From the sequence record MZ574431.2: a DNA stretch of 64,000 bases, one strand, 5' to 3'. Position 1 is the first letter of the stretch, and every line of letters begins with the position of its first letter. A program made the position numbers and the translations under genes. The notes under the pieces are model-generated. The model ran no database searches, was not told where the DNA came from, and saw only the letters and a list, made by a program, of their open reading frames with translations. This document shows, in pieces, positions 27,161 to 36,259 of this stretch.

Positions 27161-27340
27161 TCAGACCCATTCCGCATAGAGGATGTTGCCGGGGCAGTCT
27201 GCCCCATCGCCGCCTTTGTGCCGGCGCGGGAACCGTTCGCTGCCATCGCCCACATGGCGGCCTTCACGCGGCAGCCGACCCGCCGACAGCTTGCCGCAGA
27301 CGACGCACTTGAACCGCGTGGGCTGGCCGGCCTCAGTCAA
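27161..27340 (-). CDS. small Cys/His protein (59 aa, TTG start)
   Basis: MTEAGQPTRFKCVVCGKLSAGRL...RRHKGGDGADCPG fills the gap between flanking genes. Confidence 0.6.
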   Translation of the reverse strand: MTEAGQPTRFKCVVCGKLSAGRLPREGRHVGDGSERFPRRHKGGDGADCPGNILYAEWV

Positions 27341-27776
27341 GTCGATCCACGATGCTCACGCCATGGAACATCGCCGTCGGATAGACCTTGGCCATGTACT
27401 GGCCGTGCAGGTCCTCCTCGATCTCCTCGGTCAGGACCTTGGCCACCTCCAGGTCGGCGCTGGCCTGCCGCCCGCGCAGCAGCGCGATCGTCACCCGGAT
27501 CAGCGCGCGCAGCAGCAGAGCGTGACGATCTCTCGACCCGGCCGCGTCGAGCAGCAATTCCATGCCTTCCAGTCGCATGGCGGCGCGGTACGACGTCTCA
27601 TAGTAGGGGCGCGAGCCCTCGGCTGGCGCGATCGTATCGAGCAGCATCACGAACGTCGAAGGCGTGGCGTTGTCGCTCGTCCCGAGCAAGAGCTTCCAGG
27701 CGCGCGCGACGCGGTCGATCAGGTCGACGACCGGCGCAAGGCGGATCGGATCATGACCTTCGATAGCATCGATCAT
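27333..27776 (-). CDS. hypothetical protein
   Basis: ATGA overlap in leftward operon. Confidence 0.75.
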   Translation of the reverse strand: MIDAIEGHDPIRLAPVVDLIDRVARAWKLLLGTSDNATPSTFVMLLDTIAPAEGSRPYYETSYRAAMRLEGMELLLDAAGSRDRHALLLRALIRVTIALLRGRQASADLEVAKVLTEEIEEDLHGQYMAKVYPTAMFHGVSIVDRLD

Positions 27777-28240
27777 GCCGCACCCGCCTTCTCGGTGCTC
27801 AGCGGCAGCACGACCTCACCACACGGGGCCTCGGCCGGCGCATCCACGGGTGGGAAGACCGACAGGTCCACATAGGTCCAGGTCTTGATCCACCAGCACC
27901 AGCACAGGCGCCCGTGAGGCTTGGGACGGTCGCGGTTGGGCGCCACCTCATCGCTGAGCCCGTAGAGTTTCTTCAGTTCATGGCGGATGGCTCTGGCCAG
28001 CGTCTCGGGCGCGACGGCCTCGGCGGTCCAGGGCACGGCGACCAGATCGATGTCGCGCTCGCGGCTGCCATGCACCGCCAGGGCATAGCCCAGCTTCCGC
28101 GCCTCACGCCGCAGCGGGCGGATCAGGCGGCGCGCCAGGGCCTTGACCTTCTTGGGGTCGGCCGCGTCGGTGGAGTAGCCCCCATTGTGGACCTTGATCG
28201 GCTCGACCGACTTGTCGGGCGACTTCTTCTTCATGCTCAC
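27773..28240 (-). CDS. minimal nucleotidyltransferase-fold protein (Pol-beta superfamily)
   Basis: GYALAVHGSRERDIDLVAVPW has the GS-x3-D-x-D signature; later YVDLSV provides a third Asp. Confidence 0.6.
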   Translation of the reverse strand: MSMKKKSPDKSVEPIKVHNGGYSTDAADPKKVKALARRLIRPLRREARKLGYALAVHGSRERDIDLVAVPWTAEAVAPETLARAIRHELKKLYGLSDEVAPNRDRPKPHGRLCWCWWIKTWTYVDLSVFPPVDAPAEAPCGEVVLPLSTEKAGAA

Positions 28241-28656
28241 TTCCAGGCATCCTTCGGCAGCAGCGGGCGCAGGATGCGGCTGATCGTCGAGGTGGCGGCA
28301 TACAGCAGGTCCCGCACGCCGCTGGGATTGTTGTCGCCGGCAAAGCGGCTCTCACGCACGACCTGATCGCTGTATTCGAGATTGCCCAGCGCGCGATGCA
28401 GGTCCTTGACCTGATAGGCCGGCAGCGTCACGGTCACCGCGCCGTCACGGGGCATGTCGCTGATCGCGTCGAAGACCCGGTCGACCCACTGGGCGAACCG
28501 CGCCGCCGTCTCAGCGTCCGTGAACGACACGGACTTGACGAACATGCGGTTGAGCAACGCCAAGTCCTCATTCTCCTCGATCAGCTTCGACAGGCGCACC
28601 AGATGCGTCACGGGCTCGATCTCGTCGATGGAGGCCCAGGTCGTGTACTCGGTCAT
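28237..28656 (-). CDS. hypothetical protein
   Basis: Coupled overlaps both sides. Confidence 0.75.
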   Translation of the reverse strand: MTEYTTWASIDEIEPVTHLVRLSKLIEENEDLALLNRMFVKSVSFTDAETAARFAQWVDRVFDAISDMPRDGAVTVTLPAYQVKDLHRALGNLEYSDQVVRESRFAGDNNPSGVRDLLYAATSTISRILRPLLPKDAWK

Positions 28657-28904
28657 CAGTAGCTCTGTTTTCTGTCCCGAGGCGTGAACTGCCCCGGATT
28701 GAGATCAGCGTTCGGCTCGCGCTTGATCGACAGCAGGCGCGAGCCGTCATCGGCCTCATGCCAGTCGTCAAGATCGCCAGCGTCCAGCCGCGCGCGGGCC
28801 TCGGCCTCCGAGGTCGCCTCGACATACTGGATGATCTCGCGGCGCACGGCCACGCGGTAGGCGTACTGCTTGATCAGCTTGGGCGCCGGCTCAGTCCTGC
28901 TCAC
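28656..28904 (-). CDS. hypothetical protein
   Basis: Coupled overlaps. Confidence 0.7.
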   Translation of the reverse strand: MSRTEPAPKLIKQYAYRVAVRREIIQYVEATSEAEARARLDAGDLDDWHEADDGSRLLSIKREPNADLNPGQFTPRDRKQSY

Positions 28905-29278
28905 GTGTCCTGGTCCCCTGACTTGAGGCCATGCAGGCGGGTCATCAGGTTGGCCGCGAGCAGTTCCGGGAACAGCTTTGGATGATTCCAGCGGGTATCA
29001 GGCGGGAACAGCACCAGTTTCTCGCCGCTGAGATAGGTGAAGACCCGATCGACGATCTCGATCATCAGCGACTTCATCTCTTCGTCCGAGATGCGGCTAA
29101 GATCGTTCCAGGCGATCTCGCCATAGGGCGAGACCACCTTCACGTCGCTGTAATCGCCCGTCTTGGAGGACGGGAAGATACCGGCGTGGAGGTCTTCTAG
29201 CTGCGTGTTGCGCACGCAGTTGAGCACCAGCGACAGGACGTCGAGTTCATCGGCGTTCCAGCCGTCATAGAGGCCCAT
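28901..29278 (-). CDS. hypothetical protein
   Basis: CVRNTQLEDLHAG..GDYSDVKVVSPYGEIAW motif; coupled overlaps. Confidence 0.8.
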   Translation of the reverse strand: MGLYDGWNADELDVLSLVLNCVRNTQLEDLHAGIFPSSKTGDYSDVKVVSPYGEIAWNDLSRISDEEMKSLMIEIVDRVFTYLSGEKLVLFPPDTRWNHPKLFPELLAANLMTRLHGLKSGDQDT

Positions 29279-29523
29279 CAGTAGTCCCTCGGCGGATCAT
29301 AGGCGCGCTGGTTGTGCATGATCACCGCCTCGTCCATGAACTCGTCGACGAGATCGGCGAACGCCTCGGCCGACTCCCTGGTCGGGAACGTCGTGGCCAG
29401 CGCCAGCCCGTGGCGGAAGCGCTCGGTCTCGATGGGCGTCAGCCGCACGTACCAGATCAGGCGTTGCAGAGCCGGATCGACGTCCGAATAGACCAGGGTC
29501 CAGTCGCTCTCACGATGTTGCAT
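29278..29523 (-). CDS. hypothetical protein
   Basis: TGATG coupling. Confidence 0.7.
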   Translation of the reverse strand: MQHRESDWTLVYSDVDPALQRLIWYVRLTPIETERFRHGLALATTFPTRESAEAFADLVDEFMDEAVIMHNQRAYDPPRDY

Positions 29524-30088
29524 TATAGACCTGCTTGAGCGTCCTGCGGCGGGGGAAGTGCGGGGTCAGGAACCAGCCGACCTCGTGATCGCCCGGCCGG
29601 GAGAACCCCGGAACGATGACGAAGCGGGCCTCGCCGCCGATCACGTCCCAGTCGCCCACGTGCTCGGGCTTGACCCCGCGCCCAGGCACGATGCGCACCT
29701 GGGCCACGGCGCGGAAGAGGAGGTAGTGGCTGCGCGGCAGGGTGATGCGCAGGTCCGCCGGCCCCACCTCGGGATCGAACCCAAACAGCATGTCGACGCC
29801 AGGATAGTGCTGATCCAGCGTCTCGCCGCGCACCAGTTCCAGCACCACCGCGCCCAGGTCGTCGCGCCCGTCGGACAGCACGTACCAGTAGCTGGAGTAG
29901 ATGTGCGGGATCGTCGGGTCGTCGAACACCTGGGCGATGACCATCACCCCGTCTTCGAGGATGGTGTTGATCTCGCCCAGCGTCGTCGTGCCGATGATGT
30001 CGCCCAGGGCGCCGACGTCATCGTCGCCGTGCGGGAACGTCAGCACGAGGTTGACTTCGTCCTCGGGATTGCCCTTCAGGTGTCGCAT
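29510..30088 (-). CDS. hypothetical protein
   Basis: TGATG coupling with upstream gene. Confidence 0.75.
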   Translation of the reverse strand: MRHLKGNPEDEVNLVLTFPHGDDDVGALGDIIGTTTLGEINTILEDGVMVIAQVFDDPTIPHIYSSYWYVLSDGRDDLGAVVLELVRGETLDQHYPGVDMLFGFDPEVGPADLRITLPRSHYLLFRAVAQVRIVPGRGVKPEHVGDWDVIGGEARFVIVPGFSRPGDHEVGWFLTPHFPRRRTLKQVYNATS

Positions 30089-30354
30089 CACCACGCCTCG
30101 CCGTACCAGCCGCCATGATCCTCGTCGGCCGGCGGGCGATAGTCCAGCAGCAGCGTCAATTCGTCATCGGCGTAGGGGTGGATGTACCAGTCGCCCCAGT
30201 AGTCCTCGCCCAGGTCATAGTCATGCCCTTCCCAGACTTCCAGCTTCCCCTCGGCGATCGCCGCATGGAAGTCGGCGGCCGGCAGCGTCACGCGCGTGTC
30301 GTCCAGGCCGATGTGGTCGGCAAAGCGCAGATGGGCTGTGATGGTCTCGGACAT
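30088..30354 (-). CDS. acidic hypothetical protein
   Basis: 88-aa ORF in operon. Confidence 0.75.
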   Translation of the reverse strand: MSETITAHLRFADHIGLDDTRVTLPAADFHAAIAEGKLEVWEGHDYDLGEDYWGDWYIHPYADDELTLLLDYRPPADEDHGGWYGEAW

Positions 30355-30363
30355 GGATGGCGC

Positions 30364-30696
30364 CTAGCGAGCGACGGACGCGGCGATCACCGGCCGGCGG
30401 TGCGTCGGCGTCCAGCCTTCGGGCTTGGGCGCGCCGTAGTCCACCGAGCAGTCGCCGGTGAGTTCCTGAGTGCGGCCCGAGGTCTGGCTGGTGTAGTAGA
30501 AGCCGTCGCTCTCGCCGTGCTTGGACACCTTGCCGGTGGAGAAGTCGTCGACCGTGATGTACCCGCCGCTGAAGCAGGTGATCCGCGCGGGCTTGCCGTA
30601 GTTGCTGAAGCTGTAGTCGGCTTCGGCTTGGGTGCAGGCCGACAGGGCCGCAAGGCTCAGCGCCGAGGCGCCGGCGATCAACAGGGTCTTGAGCAT
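30364..30696 (-). CDS. lipoprotein
   Basis: Signal peptide with lipobox LSAC; GAGGA SD; ITCFSGG motif. Confidence 0.8.
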   Translation of the reverse strand: MLKTLLIAGASALSLAALSACTQAEADYSFSNYGKPARITCFSGGYITVDDFSTGKVSKHGESDGFYYTSQTSGRTQELTGDCSVDYGAPKPEGWTPTHRRPVIAASVAR

Positions 30697-30724
30697 GGTG
30701 TCCTCGTGCTGTGATGTTGCATGA

Positions 30725-30758
30725 CACCTACGGCGTCACCATGTCACTGTCAACAGCA
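30725..30758 (-). promoter_or_regulatory. internal leftward promoter
   Basis: Minus strand GCTGTTGACA (TTGACA 30753-30748) followed by GTGACATGG. Confidence 0.5.
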
Positions 30759-30995
30759 TTATGGCGCCAGCACCAGCCCCGCTTCCATCCAGGCGTCATC
30801 GACCTCGCCGTTCACCGCCACCGGCTCGTTGAGATAGATGATCCGCACCACTGGATCGTCGACCAGTCGCCGCCGCCGGCCGTCAAAGGCCAAGCGCTGG
30901 AACGGCGAGGCGCCCTCGACGATCCGCGTCGTCCCGGCCGGCCATTCGGGATGGGTGACGACGTCGCCGGTGTTAAGGGAATGGGGCTCAGCCAT
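30759..30995 (-). CDS. hypothetical protein
   Basis: 78-aa ORF in operon. Confidence 0.65.
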   Translation of the reverse strand: MAEPHSLNTGDVVTHPEWPAGTTRIVEGASPFQRLAFDGRRRRLVDDPVVRIIYLNEPVAVNGEVDDAWMEAGLVLAP

Positions 30996-30998
30996 GGG

Positions 30999-31289
30999 TC
31001 ACCACATCGAGCGCTCGGGATCGAAGTCTCGCGTCAGCGCATGCACCGACATCGATTCCACCACCGCGTCGTCCCAGCGGAACATGCCGATGACGTCCTT
31101 GAACACCTCGGTGATCTCGATGGTCCACACGCCGGCCGGCAGGTCATCCTCGTCCCTGGACCGGAAGGTCAGGACATCGCCCTTGCGCAGGGTCAGCGCG
31201 TCGCCGCGCGTCCAGTTGTCGCTCCAGACCTTGTGGACCGTGTCCCCGTGGCCGATGTGGAACTGGATGTTGATCTGCTTGTCGCTCAT
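30999..31289 (-). CDS. hypothetical protein, paralog of 31286..31582
   Basis: ALTLRKGDVL..DDLPAG motif; ATGA overlap. Confidence 0.75.
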   Translation of the reverse strand: MSDKQINIQFHIGHGDTVHKVWSDNWTRGDALTLRKGDVLTFRSRDEDDLPAGVWTIEITEVFKDVIGMFRWDDAVVESMSVHALTRDFDPERSMW

Positions 31290-31582
31290 GCGCACATCTC
31301 GTCTTCGGGATCGTAGCCGATCAGCGTTGCGAACACCTCAAGGTGCCAGAGCGCGGCGGCGGCGGGGTGATCGAAATCGTCGGCGACCTTGATCACCGAG
31401 ATCAGGTGGAGGAGATGGCGCCCGGCGGGCAAATTATCGACCCCGTGGACGAACACCTGCTTGAGGTAGTCGCCGCCTTTGAGCGACAGCGCCAGATCGG
31501 TCGGCCAGCGCCCGGAGATCACCGTGGCCACGGGATCGCCTTCACCATCGCGGATGATCAGCTTGACAGTACAGGTGCTCAC
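31286..31582 (-). CDS. hypothetical protein, paralog of 30999..31289
   Basis: ALSLKGGDYL..DNLPAG motif. Confidence 0.75.
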   Translation of the reverse strand: MSTCTVKLIIRDGEGDPVATVISGRWPTDLALSLKGGDYLKQVFVHGVDNLPAGRHLLHLISVIKVADDFDHPAAAALWHLEVFATLIGYDPEDEMCA

Positions 31583-31854
31583 GGTCGGTTTCCTCTCAAC
31601 TCTTCGCGCCGCGCCTGGGCGACAAGATCGCAGGCGGTCCCGTGGATTTGCTCCAGCACCGCCAAACTGACCTGCGCCTCGGCGATACCATCTGTGATCC
31701 GGCTAATCTCCTCGAAGAAGCGAGGATCATCAGGGTTCAGCATCAACTCGCAGTAGCGCAGCGACAGGTTCTCGATGTGCTGGCGGATCGCCACCTTCTT
31801 GGAACCGATCGACGCGGCGACACGACTGCGCTCCGCCAGCGACACGCTAGTCAT
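31579..31854 (-). CDS. hypothetical helical protein
   Basis: Coupled overlaps. Confidence 0.7.
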   Translation of the reverse strand: MTSVSLAERSRVAASIGSKKVAIRQHIENLSLRYCELMLNPDDPRFFEEISRITDGIAEAQVSLAVLEQIHGTACDLVAQARREELRGNRP

Positions 31855-32125
31855 GCGGCGGCGCCCACAGATCGTTGTTGACCGCTTCGGCGCCGCGCAG
31901 CACCTCCCGCAGGAGCGCCTCATCCGAGATCGCCGAGCGCAGGTCCGCGCCCATGGTCGCCATGAGACAAGCGACCGCCATTGGCGAGCTACCCTTGGCC
32001 TTGAGCATGCGCAGACCGATCGCCTTGGACAGCGACTTCACCCGCCCCTCGGCGGCGCGAAGCTGCGAGCGCAAGGTCGCGACCAGTTCGGAGGCCTCGC
32101 GCTGCTCGTCGGTCATCTCGATCAT
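31847..32125 (-). CDS. hypothetical helical protein
   Basis: Coupled overlaps. Confidence 0.7.
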   Translation of the reverse strand: MIEMTDEQREASELVATLRSQLRAAEGRVKSLSKAIGLRMLKAKGSSPMAVACLMATMGADLRSAISDEALLREVLRGAEAVNNDLWAPPHD

Positions 32126-32355
32126 CAGCCCTGCTTTCCCATCGGCGTCACGTCCGCGCGGATGTCGCTGACCACGATGCCGGCCGGCGCGCCGTGCTGC
32201 TCGACCGTCTCGATGTCGCGCACCACCTGACCGACCACCCAGAAGGCGCCGGCCTGCTTGAAGGTCGAGCCCTCCTCGATCGTCAGGGCCGCCTCCTGCT
32301 GGGTGTGGAACGACGCCACGCGCGTGCCTTCGTGCCAGAACTCAACCCGCGTCAT
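32125..32355 (-). CDS. hypothetical protein
   Basis: TGATG coupling. Confidence 0.7.
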   Translation of the reverse strand: MTRVEFWHEGTRVASFHTQQEAALTIEEGSTFKQAGAFWVVGQVVRDIETVEQHGAPAGIVVSDIRADVTPMGKQG

Positions 32356-32761
32356 GCGCCGCCTTTCGTTCAGCCCGCAGCCGCTCCATGGTCGAGGCGA
32401 CAAGCTCGCGGTCGAGCCAGATCACCATGCCGAACTTGTCCAGGCCCCTGTCGAACGAGATGGTGTTCTCCGTCTCGAACGACACGATCGTCGAGCCCCG
32501 CGAGGCGCTCCAGTCCAGGTCGCGCACGCAGGTGTCCAGCGGCTGGAAGCCGATCGCCGCATCGCCCACGGCGTTGAGCAGCGTCGTCATCGTGATCGGA
32601 CCCTTCGGGGCCGGCACGACATCGTCGACGATCGACATCAGGAAGAGAGCTTCCTTGGCCTCGTCCATCGCGACCTGGAGCGTCGGGCTCCAGGCCTCGC
32701 CGGACTTGACGGCGCTGGCCAGCATCGCCAGGGCCGCGCCGATCTTGGCGCTGTGGCTCAT
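32342..32761 (-). CDS. hypothetical protein
   Basis: ATGA overlap. Confidence 0.75.
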   Translation of the reverse strand: MSHSAKIGAALAMLASAVKSGEAWSPTLQVAMDEAKEALFLMSIVDDVVPAPKGPITMTTLLNAVGDAAIGFQPLDTCVRDLDWSASRGSTIVSFETENTISFDRGLDKFGMVIWLDRELVASTMERLRAERKAAHDAG

Positions 32762-33093
32762 TCCGTAGGGTCTCCCGGCCGATGGGTGATCAGCACCTTG
32801 ATGTCGACCGAACTGACGAAGCCTTCCCAGCCCTTTTGTCCATTCTTGGTTTCGAACGGCGTCGTGATGACGGTCTTAGCCAGATCGATGATGCGACCGA
32901 CATAGCCGCCGGCCTCCAGCCGATGGCCATCAAAGTCCCCGCCCATGGCGTGGAAGCTGATCTCCTCGCCGATGCGCAGCGACAGAGCATGGCCCTCAGG
33001 CATCGGCCCCAGGCTGTACTCGGTCGGCCACAGCTTCACACCCCTGGTCGGGTAGTGAAGCTCGGCAAAGACCATCATGGTGTCCTTGGCCAT
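32758..33093 (-). CDS. hypothetical protein
   Basis: Follows YqeY-like gene. Confidence 0.7.
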   Translation of the reverse strand: MAKDTMMVFAELHYPTRGVKLWPTEYSLGPMPEGHALSLRIGEEISFHAMGGDFDGHRLEAGGYVGRIIDLAKTVITTPFETKNGQKGWEGFVSSVDIKVLITHRPGDPTE

Positions 33094-33094
33094 G

Positions 33095-33850
33095 TCAGCC
33101 CCCGTTGGCGATCTGCGACGCCAGCTTGCCGTCGAAACGGCCGGCATGATGCGTCTTCAGGTACGCCATGATCTCGCCGATCTTGGCGTCGGCCTTGGCC
33201 GCCTTGAACGCAGCGATCACGCCACGCAGTTCGTCCTCGGTCAGCGGCGTCGGCGCGGCCGGCAGATAAGTGCCCAGGAGCGCGGCTTCCATCAGCGCCT
33301 TTTCGGCGCCGGCCTTGTCGCCGCGCTTCTCCAGGGCGATGGCCGAGGCCTGCGCGCCCTTGTAGAAGTTGCGCACGACCTCGATCACCTCCTCGTCGGT
33401 CGGGTCTTCCTTGGCCTTCTGGGCCAGATCATACAGCGCCTGCTCCAGACGACCCAGCGGCCAGCCCTCGGCTTCGGCCTGCTGCTCGGCGGCGGCGATC
33501 GCGCTGCCCTCCATGGCGGCGAACTCGTCGTTGACGACGTTGATGGCGTCAAGCACCACCTGCTCGCCCCGGCCGGCATAGTCGGCCTGCACCTTTTCCA
33601 GGGCGGCGGCGCGCAGCGGCTTGAAGAAGGCGATCGTGTCCTTGCGGGCTTGTTCGAGTTGACCCAGCGGCCACTTCTCGACCTCGGCCTGCTTGCGGAT
33701 GGGCTTGGCGCCCTCATTGTACTTGGTCGCCGCGACCGAGTTGGTCAGTTCCGAAAGCAGCAGCGACAGCAGCGTGGCCTCGGCCACCCGCGCGGGTTTT
33801 TCGGACTTGGCGCTGGCGAGGTCGGCGCGGATTACATTGATGAGGCTCAT
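33095..33850 (-). CDS. GatB/YqeY-domain protein with internal insertion
   Basis: TDEEVIEVVRNFYK, E..LL.TYLP..LTEDEL, IGEIMAYLK..GRFDGK.AS match YqeY. Confidence 0.75.
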   Translation of the reverse strand: MSLINVIRADLASAKSEKPARVAEATLLSLLLSELTNSVAATKYNEGAKPIRKQAEVEKWPLGQLEQARKDTIAFFKPLRAAALEKVQADYAGRGEQVVLDAINVVNDEFAAMEGSAIAAAEQQAEAEGWPLGRLEQALYDLAQKAKEDPTDEEVIEVVRNFYKGAQASAIALEKRGDKAGAEKALMEAALLGTYLPAAPTPLTEDELRGVIAAFKAAKADAKIGEIMAYLKTHHAGRFDGKLASQIANGG

Positions 33851-33971
33851 GAAAACTCCCGATTGCGGGACGCAGTAGGCCCCAACTTAAAATAGAATAC
33901 GCGCGCCGCCTTCATCATTCTCGGCGGCGCGCTGGCTCTGATCGGCCGGATTGGCTCCGGTGGGCGAAAGA

Positions 33972-33980
33972 CTACTTCAT
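33972..33980 (-). CDS. Met-Lys-stop minigene
   Basis: Minus strand AGGAGG-CGGTC-ATG AAG TAG, first start signal after the leftward promoter. Confidence 0.55.
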   Translation of the reverse strand: MK

Positions 33981-34049
33981 GACCGCCTCCTGGGTGGCTC
34001 TGTAGCCGCGCCCTCGTCGTTATGGAGCGCAGCCTGGATCAAGATGACG

Positions 34050-34084
34050 GAACCTCTACCGATCCGAGCAGGGTGTCAACAGAA
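34050..34084 (-). promoter_or_regulatory. leftward promoter for the 25-34 kb operon
   Basis: Minus strand CTGTTGACA (TTGACA 34079-34074), back to back with the portal promoter. Confidence 0.6.
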
Positions 34085-34092
34085 AAATCGCG

Positions 34093-34130
34093 GTGACGTA
34101 ATTCTTGACACGTGTCGTTAACCATGTCAC
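34093..34130 (+). promoter_or_regulatory. late-type promoter upstream of portal
   Basis: GTGACGTAATTCTTGACA-CGTGTCGTTAACCATGTCA; related motifs at 51020, 53935, 57484. Confidence 0.7.
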
Positions 34131-34265
34131 ACCGGCCTCACGGTCGAGCCGCATCCCGCGACCCGATCGTTCTTTCGTCATCGGCCTTGGGCGGGGCCAG
34201 TAAAGCCGGATCAGCATGCCGGCCTGAATACCCCGCCTCTTTTTTCAGACCGCGAACCGACCAAT

Positions 34266-36074
34266 ATGGCTGGCCAATCCGCCAACTCCGTCAATATCGA
34301 ACGCGTCTCGCGCGCCGTGTCCAACACGACGAACGCGATCGTCCACCCGGAGTACCAGTATTGGCTGCCCGACTGGGTCAAGCTACGCGACACCCTGGCT
34401 GGCCAGCGCGTCGTCAAGTCCAAGGGCGAGGCCTACCTGCCCCGGAACCTCGGCGCTGAAGCCCTGGAATACAAGGCCTATCTCGACGGCGCAATCTTCT
34501 TCAACATGGTCGATCAGACCCTGAACGGCATGACCGGTCAGGTCTTCCGGCGCGCGCCGGTGATCCGCAACCTGCCCGAAAAGCTCCAGGACAAGATCAT
34601 CCACCTGGGCCAGGACGGCTCCAGCCATGTCGCCTTCACCAAGACCGTCGTGCGCGAAGTCTGCGCCATGGGCCGCTACGGCGTCCTTGTCGACGCGCCC
34701 AAGACCTCCGGCGACAGCTACGCCGTCGGCTACCGCGCCGAGGACATCCTGGACTGGACCATCGAGAGCATCGGTGGCGTCCAGCGTCTGACCCGCGTGC
34801 TGCTGCGTGAATTCAAGCGCGTCCAATCGACCCTGACCGGCCGCGCCAAGGTGCGCAGCGGCGGCCAGACCTACCAGTACGAGACCGTCTACCGCGAACT
34901 GGTCCTGGAATTCGTCGACGGCCGCTGGACCTACTTCCAGAACATCTACGACAAGGGCGGCCCCCAGGGCGTGCCGACCGACATCATCCGTCCGGTCATC
35001 AACGGCAACCCGCTGACGGCGATCCCGTTCGTCTTCTTCGGCCCGACGGGCAACACGCCCGACTGCGAAAAGCCGCCGCTGATCGACATCGCCGAACTGA
35101 ACCTGTCGCACTACGAAGACTATGCCGACTTCCAGCACGGCAAGAAGTACACCTCCCTGCCGATCTACGTCGTGCCGGGCGGCAGCGAAGGCGGCGCCGA
35201 CGAGTACAAGATCGGTCCCAACACCATTTGGGAAGTGCCGATCAACTCCAAGCCCGAAATCCTGGAGTACAAGGGTGACGGCCTGAAGACCCAGGCCAAC
35301 GCCCTGTCGACCAAGGAGCGCCAGATCGCCGCGATCGGCGGCCGGCTGCTGCCGGGCATGGGGCAGGGCATCTCGGAGTCGAGCGAGCAGGCGACCATGC
35401 GCGGCGCCTCCGAGCAGTCGATCCTGCTCAACGTCATCCTGTCCGTCCAGGACGGCATGTCGCTGGTCCTGCGCTACTGGGCCGCGTGGCGCGACGTGCC
35501 CATGGCCACCACCGCCCAGGTCCGCTACGTCATCAATTCCAACTTCCTGGTCGGTCACGTCGACGCCCGCGTGCTGCGCGCCCTACAGATGCTGTGGGAA
35601 GCCGGCCTCGTGCCGATCGAGGTGCTGTTCGACAACCTGCGCGACCTGGAGGTCCTGTCCGACGACTGGACCCTGGAGATGTTCATCGAGCGCATGCAGG
35701 ACCCGACCGCCTTCGTCAACAACCCCGACGCCCAGGCCAAGACGCGCGGCTACGCCAGCCGCAAGCAGGAACTGGACGAGGCCGCCCGCAAGATCGAGCA
35801 AGGCCAGCAGGACCGCGCCCTGGACATCCAGGAAGAGAGCATCGACGGCCTGGACGACGGCGACGTGCTGCGCAAGCGCGAGGACCAGCAGATGGACTTC
35901 GAGCGCCAGCAGCACGAGGACCAGATGCAGTTCCAGTACGACAAGCTGGCCTCCGACGAGGCCCTGGCCAAGCAGAAACTGGCGACCCAGAAGGCGATCG
36001 CGGCCAAGGCCGCCCAACGCCCGGCCGTCCCGGCGCAACAACCCAGCCGGCCGCCGGCCGGTGGTCAAACCTAA
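34266..36074 (+). CDS. portal protein (DUF4055-type)
   Basis: 602 aa; HPEY..W..W..RD..AG...VK..GE.YLP, Y..Y...A.F.N....TL.GM.G.VFRR, IPFVF, PPL.DIA.LN.SHY motifs. Confidence 0.85.
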   Translation: MAGQSANSVNIERVSRAVSNTTNAIVHPEYQYWLPDWVKLRDTLAGQRVVKSKGEAYLPRNLGAEALEYKAYLDGAIFFNMVDQTLNGMTGQVFRRAPVIRNLPEKLQDKIIHLGQDGSSHVAFTKTVVREVCAMGRYGVLVDAPKTSGDSYAVGYRAEDILDWTIESIGGVQRLTRVLLREFKRVQSTLTGRAKVRSGGQTYQYETVYRELVLEFVDGRWTYFQNIYDKGGPQGVPTDIIRPVINGNPLTAIPFVFFGPTGNTPDCEKPPLIDIAELNLSHYEDYADFQHGKKYTSLPIYVVPGGSEGGADEYKIGPNTIWEVPINSKPEILEYKGDGLKTQANALSTKERQIAAIGGRLLPGMGQGISESSEQATMRGASEQSILLNVILSVQDGMSLVLRYWAAWRDVPMATTAQVRYVINSNFLVGHVDARVLRALQMLWEAGLVPIEVLFDNLRDLEVLSDDWTLEMFIERMQDPTAFVNNPDAQAKTRGYASRKQELDEAARKIEQGQQDRALDIQEESIDGLDDGDVLRKREDQQMDFERQQHEDQMQFQYDKLASDEALAKQKLATQKAIAAKAAQRPAVPAQQPSRPPAGGQT

Positions 36075-36092
36075 GCTAGATCAGACAGTTCC

Positions 36093-36257
36093 ATGACTAC
36101 CCCGCGTTACGAGTCCTACGAAGACTTCGTCCATGACCTGGACCAGTCCGGCCATCTCTCCGACGATCCCTTCGGGATCGATCTGGACATCGGGGCGCTC
36201 GACGACGCTGACCTCGAACTGCTGATCCCCACCGCCAAGAAGAAGAAGGCGACCTGA
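36093..36257 (+). CDS. small acidic protein with basic tail (54 aa)
   Basis: MTTPRYESYEDF...AKKKKAT*. Confidence 0.6.
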   Translation: MTTPRYESYEDFVHDLDQSGHLSDDPFGIDLDIGALDDADLELLIPTAKKKKAT

Positions 36258-36259
36258 TC

